From Nitratireductor sp. (GTDB lineage Bacteria > Pseudomonadota > Alphaproteobacteria > Rhizobiales > Rhizobiaceae): a stretch of DNA of 64,000 nt. The position numbers were made by a program, and so were the translations under genes. The stretch spans positions 13,125 to 77,124 of the forward strand of contig JAGRLL010000005.1 of assembly GCA_020441855.1 (NCBI GenBank), read 5' to 3'. Shown piece by piece: positions 1 through 8,987 of the stretch (position 1 is its first letter; each line of letters begins with the position of its first letter). The notes beneath the pieces are model-generated. The model worked only from the letters and a program-made list of their open reading frames with translations, did not search any database and was not told the origin of the DNA.

Positions 1-803
1 TCGTCATTCCGGTACACGGGGACGGAGAATATCTGGTCGATGCAGTGCACAGCGCACTTCATCAAACTCACGCGCCCAGGGAAGTTATCCTCGTGAACGA
101 TGCGGCCAGTCCGGTCGCTGCGGCGAGAATGTCGGCACTGCGCGCTGTCAGCGATCGGATATGTGTCGTCGACACCGAGGGCCATTCCGGCGCCGGGATC
201 GCGCGTAATACCGGAATGGAAGCCGCTTCCGGCAAATACATAGCGTTTCTCGATTCAGACGATATCTGGGTTGCCACGAAGATGGCAGAACAACTGACGG
301 CCATGCTTGATTGCGGAGCGCTTCTTGGAGCCACACAGTATGGAACCATCAAGGATGGCAGGCTTGTCGCGGTGCCACGCAAGAGCACGGTCGGCTGGGT
401 CGATCCCTTCCGGCTCCTGGTGGACAACCCCGTTGGCACATCCAGCGCGGTCGTTCACCGGGACGTGAAATTCCGGTTCTCGCAGCTCAAGCGTTGTCAG
501 GACTGGGAGGCATGGATTGAACTCGGCAAGGCCGGACATTCTTTCTGGATCGTCGACAAGTTGCTCACCTATCACCGTGTCGGCCACTCGCCTCACAGCC
601 TGTCATCAAGCAAAGTTCTTCTCTTGCCTTACCAGTGGCGTATTCTGCGCAAGGCTGCGCGAAGAGGACTTCTTCCAAGCGCCTTCCTGTTGTCCTTGAG
701 AACAATTTTTGCCGTATCCCGGATGATCAGGTCAAAAATCAAATTGTATCAAACAGAAAAAATACCAAAAAAAACAGCGCGCCGCCCAAGGCCACAAATA
801 TAA
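1..803 (+). CDS. Glycosyltransferase family 2 (N-terminus cut by window edge)
   Basis: Frame is open from base 3 (VIPVHGDGEYLVDAV..), so the listed GTG 45 is internal. GT2 motifs: VILVNDAAS, GIARNTG, FLDSDDIW (DxD). Confidence 0.8.
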   Translation, partial: VIPVHGDGEYLVDAVHSALHQTHAPREVILVNDAASPVAAARMSALRAVSDRICVVDTEGHSGAGIARNTGMEAASGKYIAFLDSDDIWVATKMAEQLTAMLDCGALLGATQYGTIKDGRLVAVPRKSTVGWVDPFRLLVDNPVGTSSAVVHRDVKFRFSQLKRCQDWEAWIELGKAGHSFWIVDKLLTYHRVGHSPHSLSSSKVLLLPYQWRILRKAARRGLLPSAFLLSLRTIFAVSRMIRSKIKLYQTEKIPKKTARRPRPQI

Positions 804-923
804 ACGTATTCACTAACGCCTTTCCAATGTAATTCATAAGCAGAAAAACATGATCATAAATATTTCTCTGAAAGCCGACGGGGGTTTTATGCCTAAATGT
901 GCTCCAGCGCAGGCTTGGCACAA

Positions 924-1985
924 ATGAGGTGTGTTCTCCACATCGGAACGGAAAAAACAGGCTCCACTTCGCTTCAGCACTGGCTTTACGACAATAGGGA
1001 AGAGCTGGAAGAAAAAGGTATTTGTCTCAGCAAATCGCTCGGCGTTCCGCACAACCGCCTTCTGGCTCTCTATTTCCAGTCGCGTGTAGATGACTGGTGC
1101 AAGGAGCACGGGCTAGAGGATTTCGACAAACGAAGAACCGCACTCGCCCCGGCTCTGCAATCTCTGCGGAACGAAGTGCAACACGCCAGGGAACGGTGCC
1201 ACACTTTTCTGGTCACATCAGAACACCTGCACAGCCGGCTCACGGAACGCAATCAAGTCGAGGAGTTATTTCAATTTCTCGACTCTCTGTTCGATTCGAT
1301 CGAAGTTGTTTGCTATGTGCGCAATCAGGCGGACCTTGTTCTTTCGGCCTATTCAACAGCACTGCGGATGAATTTGACGAGAACGCTGGCGGATTTTGCG
1401 TCGTCCGTGGGGACGGAAGCGATCTACTTCAATCACCTGCTTTCGGCCGAATTGTGGTCGAGTGTTTTTGGGCGATCGAACGTTTCCTTCAGGGTTTATG
1501 AGCACTGCCTGGATCTTCCAGACAGGGTCGTAACGGACTTTGCAGAAAACGTCCTCGATATCAAAAACATGCCCGGCGGCGAAAAAAACCTGAACACGGG
1601 CCTGAGCCCGTTTCATGCGGCAGCCTTTCGGCAGATCAACATACGTTTTCCCCGATGGCCGGCCGACGGTTGGGCGGGCAAGATGAATCGACGTCTCAAA
1701 AGAGTGATATCCGATCTCCCTGTAACCACCCGGCGAAGGCTTGTCGTTCCCGAGCCGCAGGAGATTTTGAGGCGATTTGAGGAAAAAAATGCGTTGTTTT
1801 TCCAGGAGTACGGAGACGGGACAAACCACTTCAGCCCAGAACGATGGGTTGATCGACAGCCAGAAGGCCTGTTCGGGTTCGAAGAGGACCCCGACCTGGA
1901 CGAAATCATCAGGGTTCTGCTGGAACAGACACTATCCGAACCACCCCGTCCGCGAGGTCTGTTGTTCTGGAGAACAAGAAAGTGA
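924..1985 (+). CDS. Sulfotransferase-like P-loop protein (paralog of 4222..5430)
   Basis: HIGTEKTGSTSLQ (PAPS 5'-phosphosulfate-binding-like loop) and YVRNQADLVLSAYS (3'-phosphate-binding-like). Alternative ATG at 897. Confidence 0.5.
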   Translation: MRCVLHIGTEKTGSTSLQHWLYDNREELEEKGICLSKSLGVPHNRLLALYFQSRVDDWCKEHGLEDFDKRRTALAPALQSLRNEVQHARERCHTFLVTSEHLHSRLTERNQVEELFQFLDSLFDSIEVVCYVRNQADLVLSAYSTALRMNLTRTLADFASSVGTEAIYFNHLLSAELWSSVFGRSNVSFRVYEHCLDLPDRVVTDFAENVLDIKNMPGGEKNLNTGLSPFHAAAFRQINIRFPRWPADGWAGKMNRRLKRVISDLPVTTRRRLVVPEPQEILRRFEEKNALFFQEYGDGTNHFSPERWVDRQPEGLFGFEEDPDLDEIIRVLLEQTLSEPPRPRGLLFWRTRK

Positions 1986-2827
1986 CCTTTTGGAAGCAAT
2001 GGCGACTGTTGTTCGACAACAATCGCCCCGTTTTCGTGCTTGGCGTGGGGGCTCAGAAGGCCGGCACAACATGGCTGTACCAGTACCTGAAGGCCTGCGA
2101 GAACACCAATATGGGGGACCTGAAGGAATACCATATTTGGGATGGATTACTTCAGCCGGAAAAGTTCCCTGAATTTGTTTATTCCAATCCGCAAACTTGC
2201 GACGCAAATGTCACGGATCTGCAGCGCGAATTGCAGGCGGACCCTCAAGCCTATTTTCGCTATTTTCGCAATCTGGTGGAAAATTCCGAGATCACTGGCG
2301 ATCTCTCGCCTTCGTATTGCGGTCTTTCAGCAAAGGATTTCCGGTTCATTCGCCAGCAGCTTCGTCGCGCCAATTTTCGGGTCAAGATCGTTTTTCTGAT
2401 GCGTGATCCCGTGGAACGGTGCTGGAGCGCCAGCCGAATGTTTGCCAGAAACCGGGAAATGCGGGGCAGTCCCGGATGGACACAAGAACAACTGGTGGAC
2501 CACTTCGCGCAGGAATTTCCTTCGGCACACTATCAGGTCAGGACCAGGTACGAGCAAACGCTGCAAGCGCTGGATCGAGCGTTTCCCGGCAAGGAGGTCT
2601 ATCTGGGATTTTACGAGAACATGTTCGAACTTGCCAATCTGCAAGCCGTTGCAAAATTTTTCGGGGTGGCGACGCGGCCGGACGAACTCGAGAGAACCCG
2701 AAATGCATCAGCCGGCGCAGTTCTTCCGGAGAATTTGCGCAAGCAATGTCATGACTTCTATCGAAGCACATACGAATATTGCTGGGCACGATTTCCTCAA
2801 ACAAGAAAGCTCTGGCCGCCGGTCTAG
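1982..2827 (+). CDS. Sulfotransferase family protein
   Basis: GAQKAGTTW (PKxGTTW-type loop) and LMRDPVERCWSASR (RDPxxR..S) motifs. GTG 1982 overlaps the upstream stop (GTGA). Confidence 0.75.
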   Translation: MTFWKQWRLLFDNNRPVFVLGVGAQKAGTTWLYQYLKACENTNMGDLKEYHIWDGLLQPEKFPEFVYSNPQTCDANVTDLQRELQADPQAYFRYFRNLVENSEITGDLSPSYCGLSAKDFRFIRQQLRRANFRVKIVFLMRDPVERCWSASRMFARNREMRGSPGWTQEQLVDHFAQEFPSAHYQVRTRYEQTLQALDRAFPGKEVYLGFYENMFELANLQAVAKFFGVATRPDELERTRNASAGAVLPENLRKQCHDFYRSTYEYCWARFPQTRKLWPPV

Positions 2828-3477
2828 TCGAACGCCCGCAGTACCTTGTGCATGCCCGATTGCAGCGTGATCTGGAACACCTGGCGAGAGGTGTGACGCA
2901 AAATCAGGAAAATGGGTATCGCGTGCAGCCCGAGCAGTCGCGGGAACAGGGCGAGCCCCAGAATGAAGGCGATCAACGGAATTGCATCCACCGCCATGTT
3001 TCGTATCGGCCTCAGCCGCCGCCGGGTTTTCTTGGTTTCGTGTTTGGTCGGTTTGGTTGTCACCTGCACAAAGAACTGTGCAAAAGCCCAGGCCAAGCCA
3101 TTGCCGATAATGGTGACGGTCAAGGCCTCCCACGAGCCTATCAGTGCCAGCAAGACGATACTGCCGGCAACGAGGACCGTGAAATAGGCCAGCGCAAAAG
3201 TTATGGCAGCCTGGGCTGGCGTGTATTTTTCCAGCAACTGGGCTCGAAGCCGTTGCCTGTGCAAGGGTTCCAACGTTTCGAGAGAGCGGGCTATCTGCAA
3301 GGCGACGACTGCAGCGACTGCCCCACTCAAACAAATGCCGACCGTCAGCGAACCTGGATGGTTTCGCAGTGCGGCAACGCTGAGCCCAACCAGACTGAGG
3401 AACAGGATATGGGAGAAATTCAGAAAAAACTTCAGTGAGGAAGAGATCAGAAGAAGAGCAATCAGCTTCGGGCTCAT
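2824..3477 (-). CDS. Polytopic membrane protein, unknown function
   Basis: Several hydrophobic helices. ATG 3477 overlaps the stop of the upstream gene (ATGA); the listed start 3501 is the alternative. Confidence 0.5.
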   Translation of the reverse strand: MSPKLIALLLISSSLKFFLNFSHILFLSLVGLSVAALRNHPGSLTVGICLSGAVAAVVALQIARSLETLEPLHRQRLRAQLLEKYTPAQAAITFALAYFTVLVAGSIVLLALIGSWEALTVTIIGNGLAWAFAQFFVQVTTKPTKHETKKTRRRLRPIRNMAVDAIPLIAFILGLALFPRLLGLHAIPIFLILRHTSRQVFQITLQSGMHKVLRAFD

Positions 3478-4193
3478 GAGAAGAATCTGCTCCGCATCCA
3501 ATCAGCAACGATCACGCATGCGATTATCAACAAAGCCGCGTATTTCTCGACGGGCCCGATGGTGTTTCCCGTCGAAGGCCTCAATGCGGTGACCGGAGAG
3601 AAATCAATACGCTGAATTCGTGCGCCTTGCATTGCCATTCCCATCGCAAACGCGAATTCCTCGCCATGCCTTGGCCAACCGAAGCGTGAATTTTTGCCCA
3701 ACATTGGTGAAAAACGAATGGAATGTCTCCTTACGAAATCAACATCAATGACCAGGTTTGGCGATCTGAGGGAAGTCAGCCGTTTCAAGGATGGCCCTGA
3801 AAGCGCCATGCGCGAGGCCGATCGCCAGGAATTGCCCCGCGAAGATTCATGGAAGACAATTGCGTGAGTATCCCGCAACGTATCGAGAAATTCCTCGACG
3901 ATTTCGGGTGACAGGAACGCTTCGGAAAGCAAAGAGTCCGCATCCATGAACCAAAGCCAACGTGTACGGCTGAGCTTGATGCAGTCATTTCTGGCTCGTG
4001 AAAGGCCAAGTTGCTCGCGGAAAAAGACCTTCATGTTCGACGGCGGTGAAACCCGCAAAGCCGGGCCGTTGGCGCTCCCCGTCTGCACCAGGATCAAAAG
4101 CTGGATCCTGGCGTCCAGTTTTTGAGCCAGCCCGGTCCAATAGTCGAAATACTCGCGATAGTCCGCAACCGTGCAGGCGACAGCCAGTGTCAT
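3474..4193 (-). CDS. Glycosyltransferase-like protein (GT-A/GT2-like)
   Basis: LSRARNDCI and WLWFMDADSLL (DxD). ATG 4193 has an AAGGA Shine-Dalgarno (SD) sequence 6 nt upstream; alternative start 4217. Confidence 0.5.
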   Translation of the reverse strand: MTLAVACTVADYREYFDYWTGLAQKLDARIQLLILVQTGSANGPALRVSPPSNMKVFFREQLGLSRARNDCIKLSRTRWLWFMDADSLLSEAFLSPEIVEEFLDTLRDTHAIVFHESSRGNSWRSASRMALSGPSLKRLTSLRSPNLVIDVDFVRRHSIRFSPMLGKNSRFGWPRHGEEFAFAMGMAMQGARIQRIDFSPVTALRPSTGNTIGPVEKYAALLIIACVIVADWMRSRFFS

Positions 4194-4221
4194 TTGCGGT
4201 CCTTGCGGCAGATCCATACGC

Positions 4222-5430
4222 CTAGCGCCCGTACAGTCGCGAAAGCCATTCGAACTCGCGCAGCCAGAGAACCAGCCTTGTACCTCGCCTGGTGCGCCGC
4301 AGCACGCTGACAGCCGAGCGGGACGTGCGCCAGAACAACCGCTTTATATGCGATTTGAACTCGGGAAGTCGGGGATTTGGCACTCGCTTCGAAACGTTGC
4401 GTCTAGCAACCGGCGTACCAGGAAGGATCTTGCCCAGGTCTTCCTGAATCTTCACCAACTCCCCAAGTTCAAATTGCGCGGGCGCCGGCACGCTCGGCAC
4501 TCCTTCCGGGAAAAGCAGCGCCAGGGGTGCCGAGTCTTGCATCTGGTCGCCCAGACTCTCCGAAATCGACTGATTCAGCTCATGCAGAAAGCCACCCGAC
4601 AATACGCATGTTTGATCTTTGCCAACTCTGTAAAAGGGTTGCGAAGCGAGCTGAATAAATCCGGAATAGGCTGCCTGATATTCAGGAAAACTCAGACTGC
4701 TCGTTCTCTGGTTGATGTGCATTGCAAGCAAAACGAAGCGATTGTTGTGCGCCAGGTTGTTCTGCTGCCTGGCGGGAGTTCCGGCTTGCGTGATTTTGTC
4801 CAGCGTCCCCGGCTCTTTGCTTGCCTGGCGCAGGAAGTTGAATGCGATGTCGTCGCCCTTGAGCTTTTCATAGGAATGAAAACAGACGTTCAGCCCCGAT
4901 TGTTCCAGTTCCACCAATCGCTCGAGCATCCGGAGAATTCCGTAGCGTGACGTATCGAGCAACCTGTGATCGTTGGCCACCAATCGGGTGTTGCCACCGA
5001 TCGCGTATTCGGAGACCTGGGAGGACAGCCAGTAAGGAAATTCGCGAATGAGAAAGTGGAACTCAACCGGGCATCCCAGAAAGCGATCGCAGATCGCCTC
5101 GTAGTTTTCCAAGTCTGCCTGGGTCATGTTTTCGCAACTCAATACGAGCGTGTATTCTTGTCGCCCAAGCGCGCTCAGTTCTCTTTTCAGTTCAGCCCAC
5201 ACCCGCTCGCTACCATTGGGTGAAAAGATGAAGCCATGACCATCCGTTCGGTGGATACCGGGCATGCGATTGTCGAAATGAACGCCGGATTTCGGAACAT
5301 AAAAACCTGCACCGAGGAGCAGTTCGCGATTTTCGAACAGCTGCATCTGCAGCGCTGTGGAGCCGGCCTTGGTCAGTCCGCAATGAACGAGCACGCGTCT
5401 CGGCCGCACTTGCCGGAAATCTATCTCCAT
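4222..5430 (-). CDS. Sulfotransferase-like P-loop protein (paralog of 924..1985)
   Basis: VLVHCGLTKAGSTALQ N-terminal loop, and the same overall layout as 924..1985. Confidence 0.5.
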   Translation of the reverse strand: MEIDFRQVRPRRVLVHCGLTKAGSTALQMQLFENRELLLGAGFYVPKSGVHFDNRMPGIHRTDGHGFIFSPNGSERVWAELKRELSALGRQEYTLVLSCENMTQADLENYEAICDRFLGCPVEFHFLIREFPYWLSSQVSEYAIGGNTRLVANDHRLLDTSRYGILRMLERLVELEQSGLNVCFHSYEKLKGDDIAFNFLRQASKEPGTLDKITQAGTPARQQNNLAHNNRFVLLAMHINQRTSSLSFPEYQAAYSGFIQLASQPFYRVGKDQTCVLSGGFLHELNQSISESLGDQMQDSAPLALLFPEGVPSVPAPAQFELGELVKIQEDLGKILPGTPVARRNVSKRVPNPRLPEFKSHIKRLFWRTSRSAVSVLRRTRRGTRLVLWLREFEWLSRLYGR

Positions 5431-6512
5431 GGCTTTGAAGCTATTCGCAATCCGAGCCTGGCCAGTAGTCTTGCCTTGCCGGTGGGCTGAGACCGGACGA
5501 ATCTCAGCAGATGAACAAAGTGAACAAACCTCCTCTGATTTACCAGGGCGTGTTCAAGGGCCCTCAGCAAATAGGGATGCCGTGACAACATCTGTCTGGT
5601 GAGACTGGATTGGAATTCAGGAGGGCTGATCGAATTGGGCAGTAGGCAAATCGAGCGCAAACGGATGATCTGGTGATAGGATTCGACGATCAAGCCATCG
5701 CCCGGATGCGCCGTATCCAGGAGGCTGAACAAAATACGAAATGTGTAATGGATGGCGCGTTCGGCCCTGAACTGTTCCGTCAAATCTTGCCGGGCCTCGA
5801 TCAGTTCCGTCACTCGAGCCACGTGTTCCAGAACCAGTCTGTGATCCACCTCGTCAGGCTGTGTCGACGTCAGTGTTCCTTGCCTGGTCTTGTCGTAATG
5901 CACGATCGGCGACATCCGCAAGGCAAGCAGGGACTTAGCCTTCAGGACCACTTCAAGTCCGAAATCGTGGTCTTCGAATTTCCGGCGCTGGAACCTTATT
6001 CGATTGTCGACCAAAAACTTTCGCCTGTAGATCATTGACCAGCATGGCTGGATCACCGACAAAGCCTGGGTCGACGCGATATCGATCACATTGCCGACAT
6101 GGGGTGAGATCAGTTCGTAGTCCGGATAGACGGCGGGCTTTGAGTTGCCCGAAAACTCGACGACGATCGGCATCAGGCCGACATCCGTGCCTGCCTCGAG
6201 CATGGCATCACACGCTGCGGCAATTTGCGGGCCTTCCGACCAGTAGTCATCTGCATCTAGAAACGTAATGAAATCGGTTTCCGTCCGGTCGATTCCAACA
6301 TTACGGGTCGCGCCAAGACCTAGGTTTTCCTTGTTCCGGACAACCTTGACCCGAGGCTCCCCCGCGTAATGCGCCTCGACATAGGCGCCCGTGCCTTCCG
6401 GGCAGGCATCGTCTACAACGAGAGCGAGAGCATTTTCAGACTGGAGGATGGAAACGATCGCACGGTCCACCGTGGATCTTGCGCGGTAACAGGGGATTAC
6501 GACAGTTATCAA
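5421..6512 (-). CDS. Glycosyltransferase family 2
   Basis: MITVVIPCYRA, VVDDACPEGT, NLGLGATRN, FLDADDYW. ATGA overlap with the upstream gene. Confidence 0.8.
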   Translation of the reverse strand: MITVVIPCYRARSTVDRAIVSILQSENALALVVDDACPEGTGAYVEAHYAGEPRVKVVRNKENLGLGATRNVGIDRTETDFITFLDADDYWSEGPQIAAACDAMLEAGTDVGLMPIVVEFSGNSKPAVYPDYELISPHVGNVIDIASTQALSVIQPCWSMIYRRKFLVDNRIRFQRRKFEDHDFGLEVVLKAKSLLALRMSPIVHYDKTRQGTLTSTQPDEVDHRLVLEHVARVTELIEARQDLTEQFRAERAIHYTFRILFSLLDTAHPGDGLIVESYHQIIRLRSICLLPNSISPPEFQSSLTRQMLSRHPYLLRALEHALVNQRRFVHFVHLLRFVRSQPTGKARLLARLGLRIASKPWR

Positions 6513-7507
6513 GCCGCTTTATCCCTTGTCATGCATGCGAGTATCCGTCCGGCTCTCTCATTCGCTGCATTCGGGCGCAAGCCGATGGAATGATGTTCGA
6601 TTAGAGCCGCCAACTCGGCCTGCGAAGGACAAATTGTGAAGGCCAGATCATCGATTGCCAGGCATTTCTCGACAAGATCCACTCGCCTGGAACGCTCGCA
6701 CTCGATACGCTGATCCTCGCGCATGTTGAGGCTGAACAGGGCCTGCATCGACCGCGTAACGGGGTCCAGATTGTTCAGATTTCGGACACAAATCTCAAAG
6801 AACAGTTCGACCGACGCCTCGATCCTGTGAAGAGGCGGCAACTTTTCCGTGTAGCTTCCCGGCCGGTGTTTTCGATAGACATAAACGGGACTGTCAGCGA
6901 GCATGGCCGCGCCAGCGTTCGCGCCCAGCCAGCTGGTCAGTATCAAGTCCTCGCCCATGTCATGGCGCATTTTTGTCTGATTATAATATTTCAATAACAA
7001 TGTACGGCGAACAATATATCTCCAAATATTTCCCCAATAGAGCAATGGAAATAATACACAACCTTCAACTACAGTTTTATATTTAACGGCAGAATTAATT
7101 TTTGGCGGCTCGTACGCCAAGTCGCGCGTTTCAATGTAACCGAAGGAAAACAGGTCCACAGCCGGCAGACTGGCAAGGGATTGAGCGATGAAGTCCAAAT
7201 TCAACCTCATCAAGATGTCATCGCCATCTACAAGCCAGACAAACTGCCCTGAGCAGGCGCCAACCCCTGTCTGACGTGCGCGAAACAACCCTTGATTGGT
7301 TGTGTGCGCGATCGTGAGTGCGTTGTCATGCACCTTCTCGAAGTCTTGCGCGAGCCGCAGGGTGTTGTCCGTCGATCCGTCATCAACCAGGATGGCCTCA
7401 ACACGGAGATCACTTCGCAGAATGGCAGACAGGCTGGCGAGAAAGCGGGGAAGAAGGTCTTCGATCTGATATAGAGCGACTACAATGGATACAATTGGGG
7501 GTTGCAT
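6509..7507 (-). CDS. Glycosyltransferase family 2
   Basis: IVSIVVALYQ, ILVDDGSTDNT, NQGLFRARQTG, WLVDGDD. The listed start 7561 is TTG; the first ATG is 7507. Confidence 0.75.
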   Translation of the reverse strand: MQPPIVSIVVALYQIEDLLPRFLASLSAILRSDLRVEAILVDDGSTDNTLRLAQDFEKVHDNALTIAHTTNQGLFRARQTGVGACSGQFVWLVDGDDILMRLNLDFIAQSLASLPAVDLFSFGYIETRDLAYEPPKINSAVKYKTVVEGCVLFPLLYWGNIWRYIVRRTLLLKYYNQTKMRHDMGEDLILTSWLGANAGAAMLADSPVYVYRKHRPGSYTEKLPPLHRIEASVELFFEICVRNLNNLDPVTRSMQALFSLNMREDQRIECERSRRVDLVEKCLAIDDLAFTICPSQAELAALIEHHSIGLRPNAANERAGRILACMTRDKAA

Positions 7508-7603
7508 GCGGCAATTCACTGTTTCTGGGTGCCAAGCCTGCGGCGGCTCGCTTGCTTTCAACGTGCCCCAAAAACGTGCGGTTCCCCGGAGGGGAATCAG
7601 CCG

Positions 7604-8458
7604 ATGCTACTGATACCAAAGCTGGGATTAGGATATCAAAATATTCCCAAGATTGCCACAACATCAATTTTCGCGTGGCTGTATCAGGCGCACGGAGAAA
7701 CACCGAACGACGACCCGATTATTCAAAACCATAACCGGAACTTTTTCCTCCGGCAGTTCAAGGTCGATTCGCTGGAGGAAGTCCGACGGGCCGAAGGCGG
7801 ATACCTCCGTTTTGCATTGGTCCGGGATCCCGTGCTCAGGTTTCTCTCGATGTATGGCAATCGCGTCGTCGCCAAGGGCAAACTGGGCAGGGCTTCCAGG
7901 GATGCCGAACGTGTTTTGAGTGCCGGTTTGCCACTCAATCCGCAACTCAATGATCTCATCAATTCGCTGGACGGCTATTTGGCTGCCTCCAGGGCCGTAG
8001 CGCACCATGCTCGAAGGCAGAGCGAATTGTTGGGGCCTGACCTTACCGTCTACGACCATCTGCTGGACATATCAGAGGCTGATCGATTGCTGCCGTTAAT
8101 CAGGCAACATTGGCGTACACACGGCATGTACGAGGCACTGGCAAACGCCGACGAACATTTCCCGCGCCTTCAGACAGACGGCCCCAAAATCGGTCTGGAG
8201 GGACTTTCCCGCCGTTCCTTCGACCGGTTGCTTGAGCACTACCAATCCGATTACGAAGCAATCCCCGCGCTGGATCAGGACGCCATCAAGGCCAGGTTTG
8301 TGGCGGAGAACGGCGGATCCAACCTCTTTTTCCATGACTTCTCGGAACCGGGAACACTGCGCCAGGGGCTTGTCAAACGAGCCCAGGAGATCCGCAAGCT
8401 GTTCTCACAGGTGGCGAGGAAGCTGACAAGAATCGGCAGGTGGCGATCACGCACGTGA
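7604..8458 (+). CDS. Sulfotransferase family 2-like protein
   Basis: IPKIATTSI and LVRDPVLRFLSMY motifs. GGAGGGG SD upstream of ATG 7604; the listed start 7502 is upstream. Confidence 0.65.
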   Translation: MLLIPKLGLGYQNIPKIATTSIFAWLYQAHGETPNDDPIIQNHNRNFFLRQFKVDSLEEVRRAEGGYLRFALVRDPVLRFLSMYGNRVVAKGKLGRASRDAERVLSAGLPLNPQLNDLINSLDGYLAASRAVAHHARRQSELLGPDLTVYDHLLDISEADRLLPLIRQHWRTHGMYEALANADEHFPRLQTDGPKIGLEGLSRRSFDRLLEHYQSDYEAIPALDQDAIKARFVAENGGSNLFFHDFSEPGTLRQGLVKRAQEIRKLFSQVARKLTRIGRWRSRT

Positions 8459-8736
8459 CCTGAAGGGCCGAGGTGGCGGAAATTTTTTACGACGAATGCG
8501 TGCGCATGAGCGGATGAACGCCTTCCCCATGAAGACGTCGCATGCTCGCGCCTTTGGAGCCAGATTTCCCAAACTCTTGCGGGATATCGGGTTTGCCGGT
8601 CTGTTCGCCACGCGGAAACGGTTCGGGGAACAAATGGCCCATTTCAGCAATGGCGGAAGATCGAACTGTCCCGCCTGTCACGCGGCCTGGCAAAACGCGT
8701 GTAAAATCAATGCCTGAAACCAGAAAGAGAAGGGAT

Positions 8737-8810
8737 TGGAGGCCTCGCCCGGAATCGAACCGGGATTGAAGGATTTGCAGTCCTCTGCGTAACCATTCCG
8801 CCACGAGGCC
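8737..8810 (-). tRNA. tRNA-Cys (anticodon GCA)
   Basis: The reverse complement folds as a cloverleaf: acceptor GGCCTCG/CGAGGCC, anticodon loop CTGCAAA, T-arm CCCGG-TTCGATT-CCGGG, encoded CCA. Confidence 0.9.
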
Positions 8811-8987
8811 GTCCGGCGCGACATATCGGGGACTTGTCCCTGACTGTCAAGCGCATTGGCGAGACACGCAAAGCGATGCGTCAGCCAACCACGCTGCACC
8901 TGCCCCCAACTAGCCTCCAGTGTCTTAAGAACCGGTATCTATCGGACGTTCCACGGTCGAAAATATCCCGGATACGAATCCTCCGGT

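Noticed and set aside
757-774. A6 and A8 homopolymer tracts near the 3' end of the first GT2 gene, as possible phase-variation sites
   Set aside because: They lie in the last ~15 codons within an AT-rich tail, so slippage would barely alter the enzyme. There is no supporting evidence.
8487-8899. ORFs 8487-8804, 8542-8769 and 8678-8899 around 8.7 kb
   Set aside because: They overlap the tRNA-Cys gene and have no start-site support or protein-like composition.
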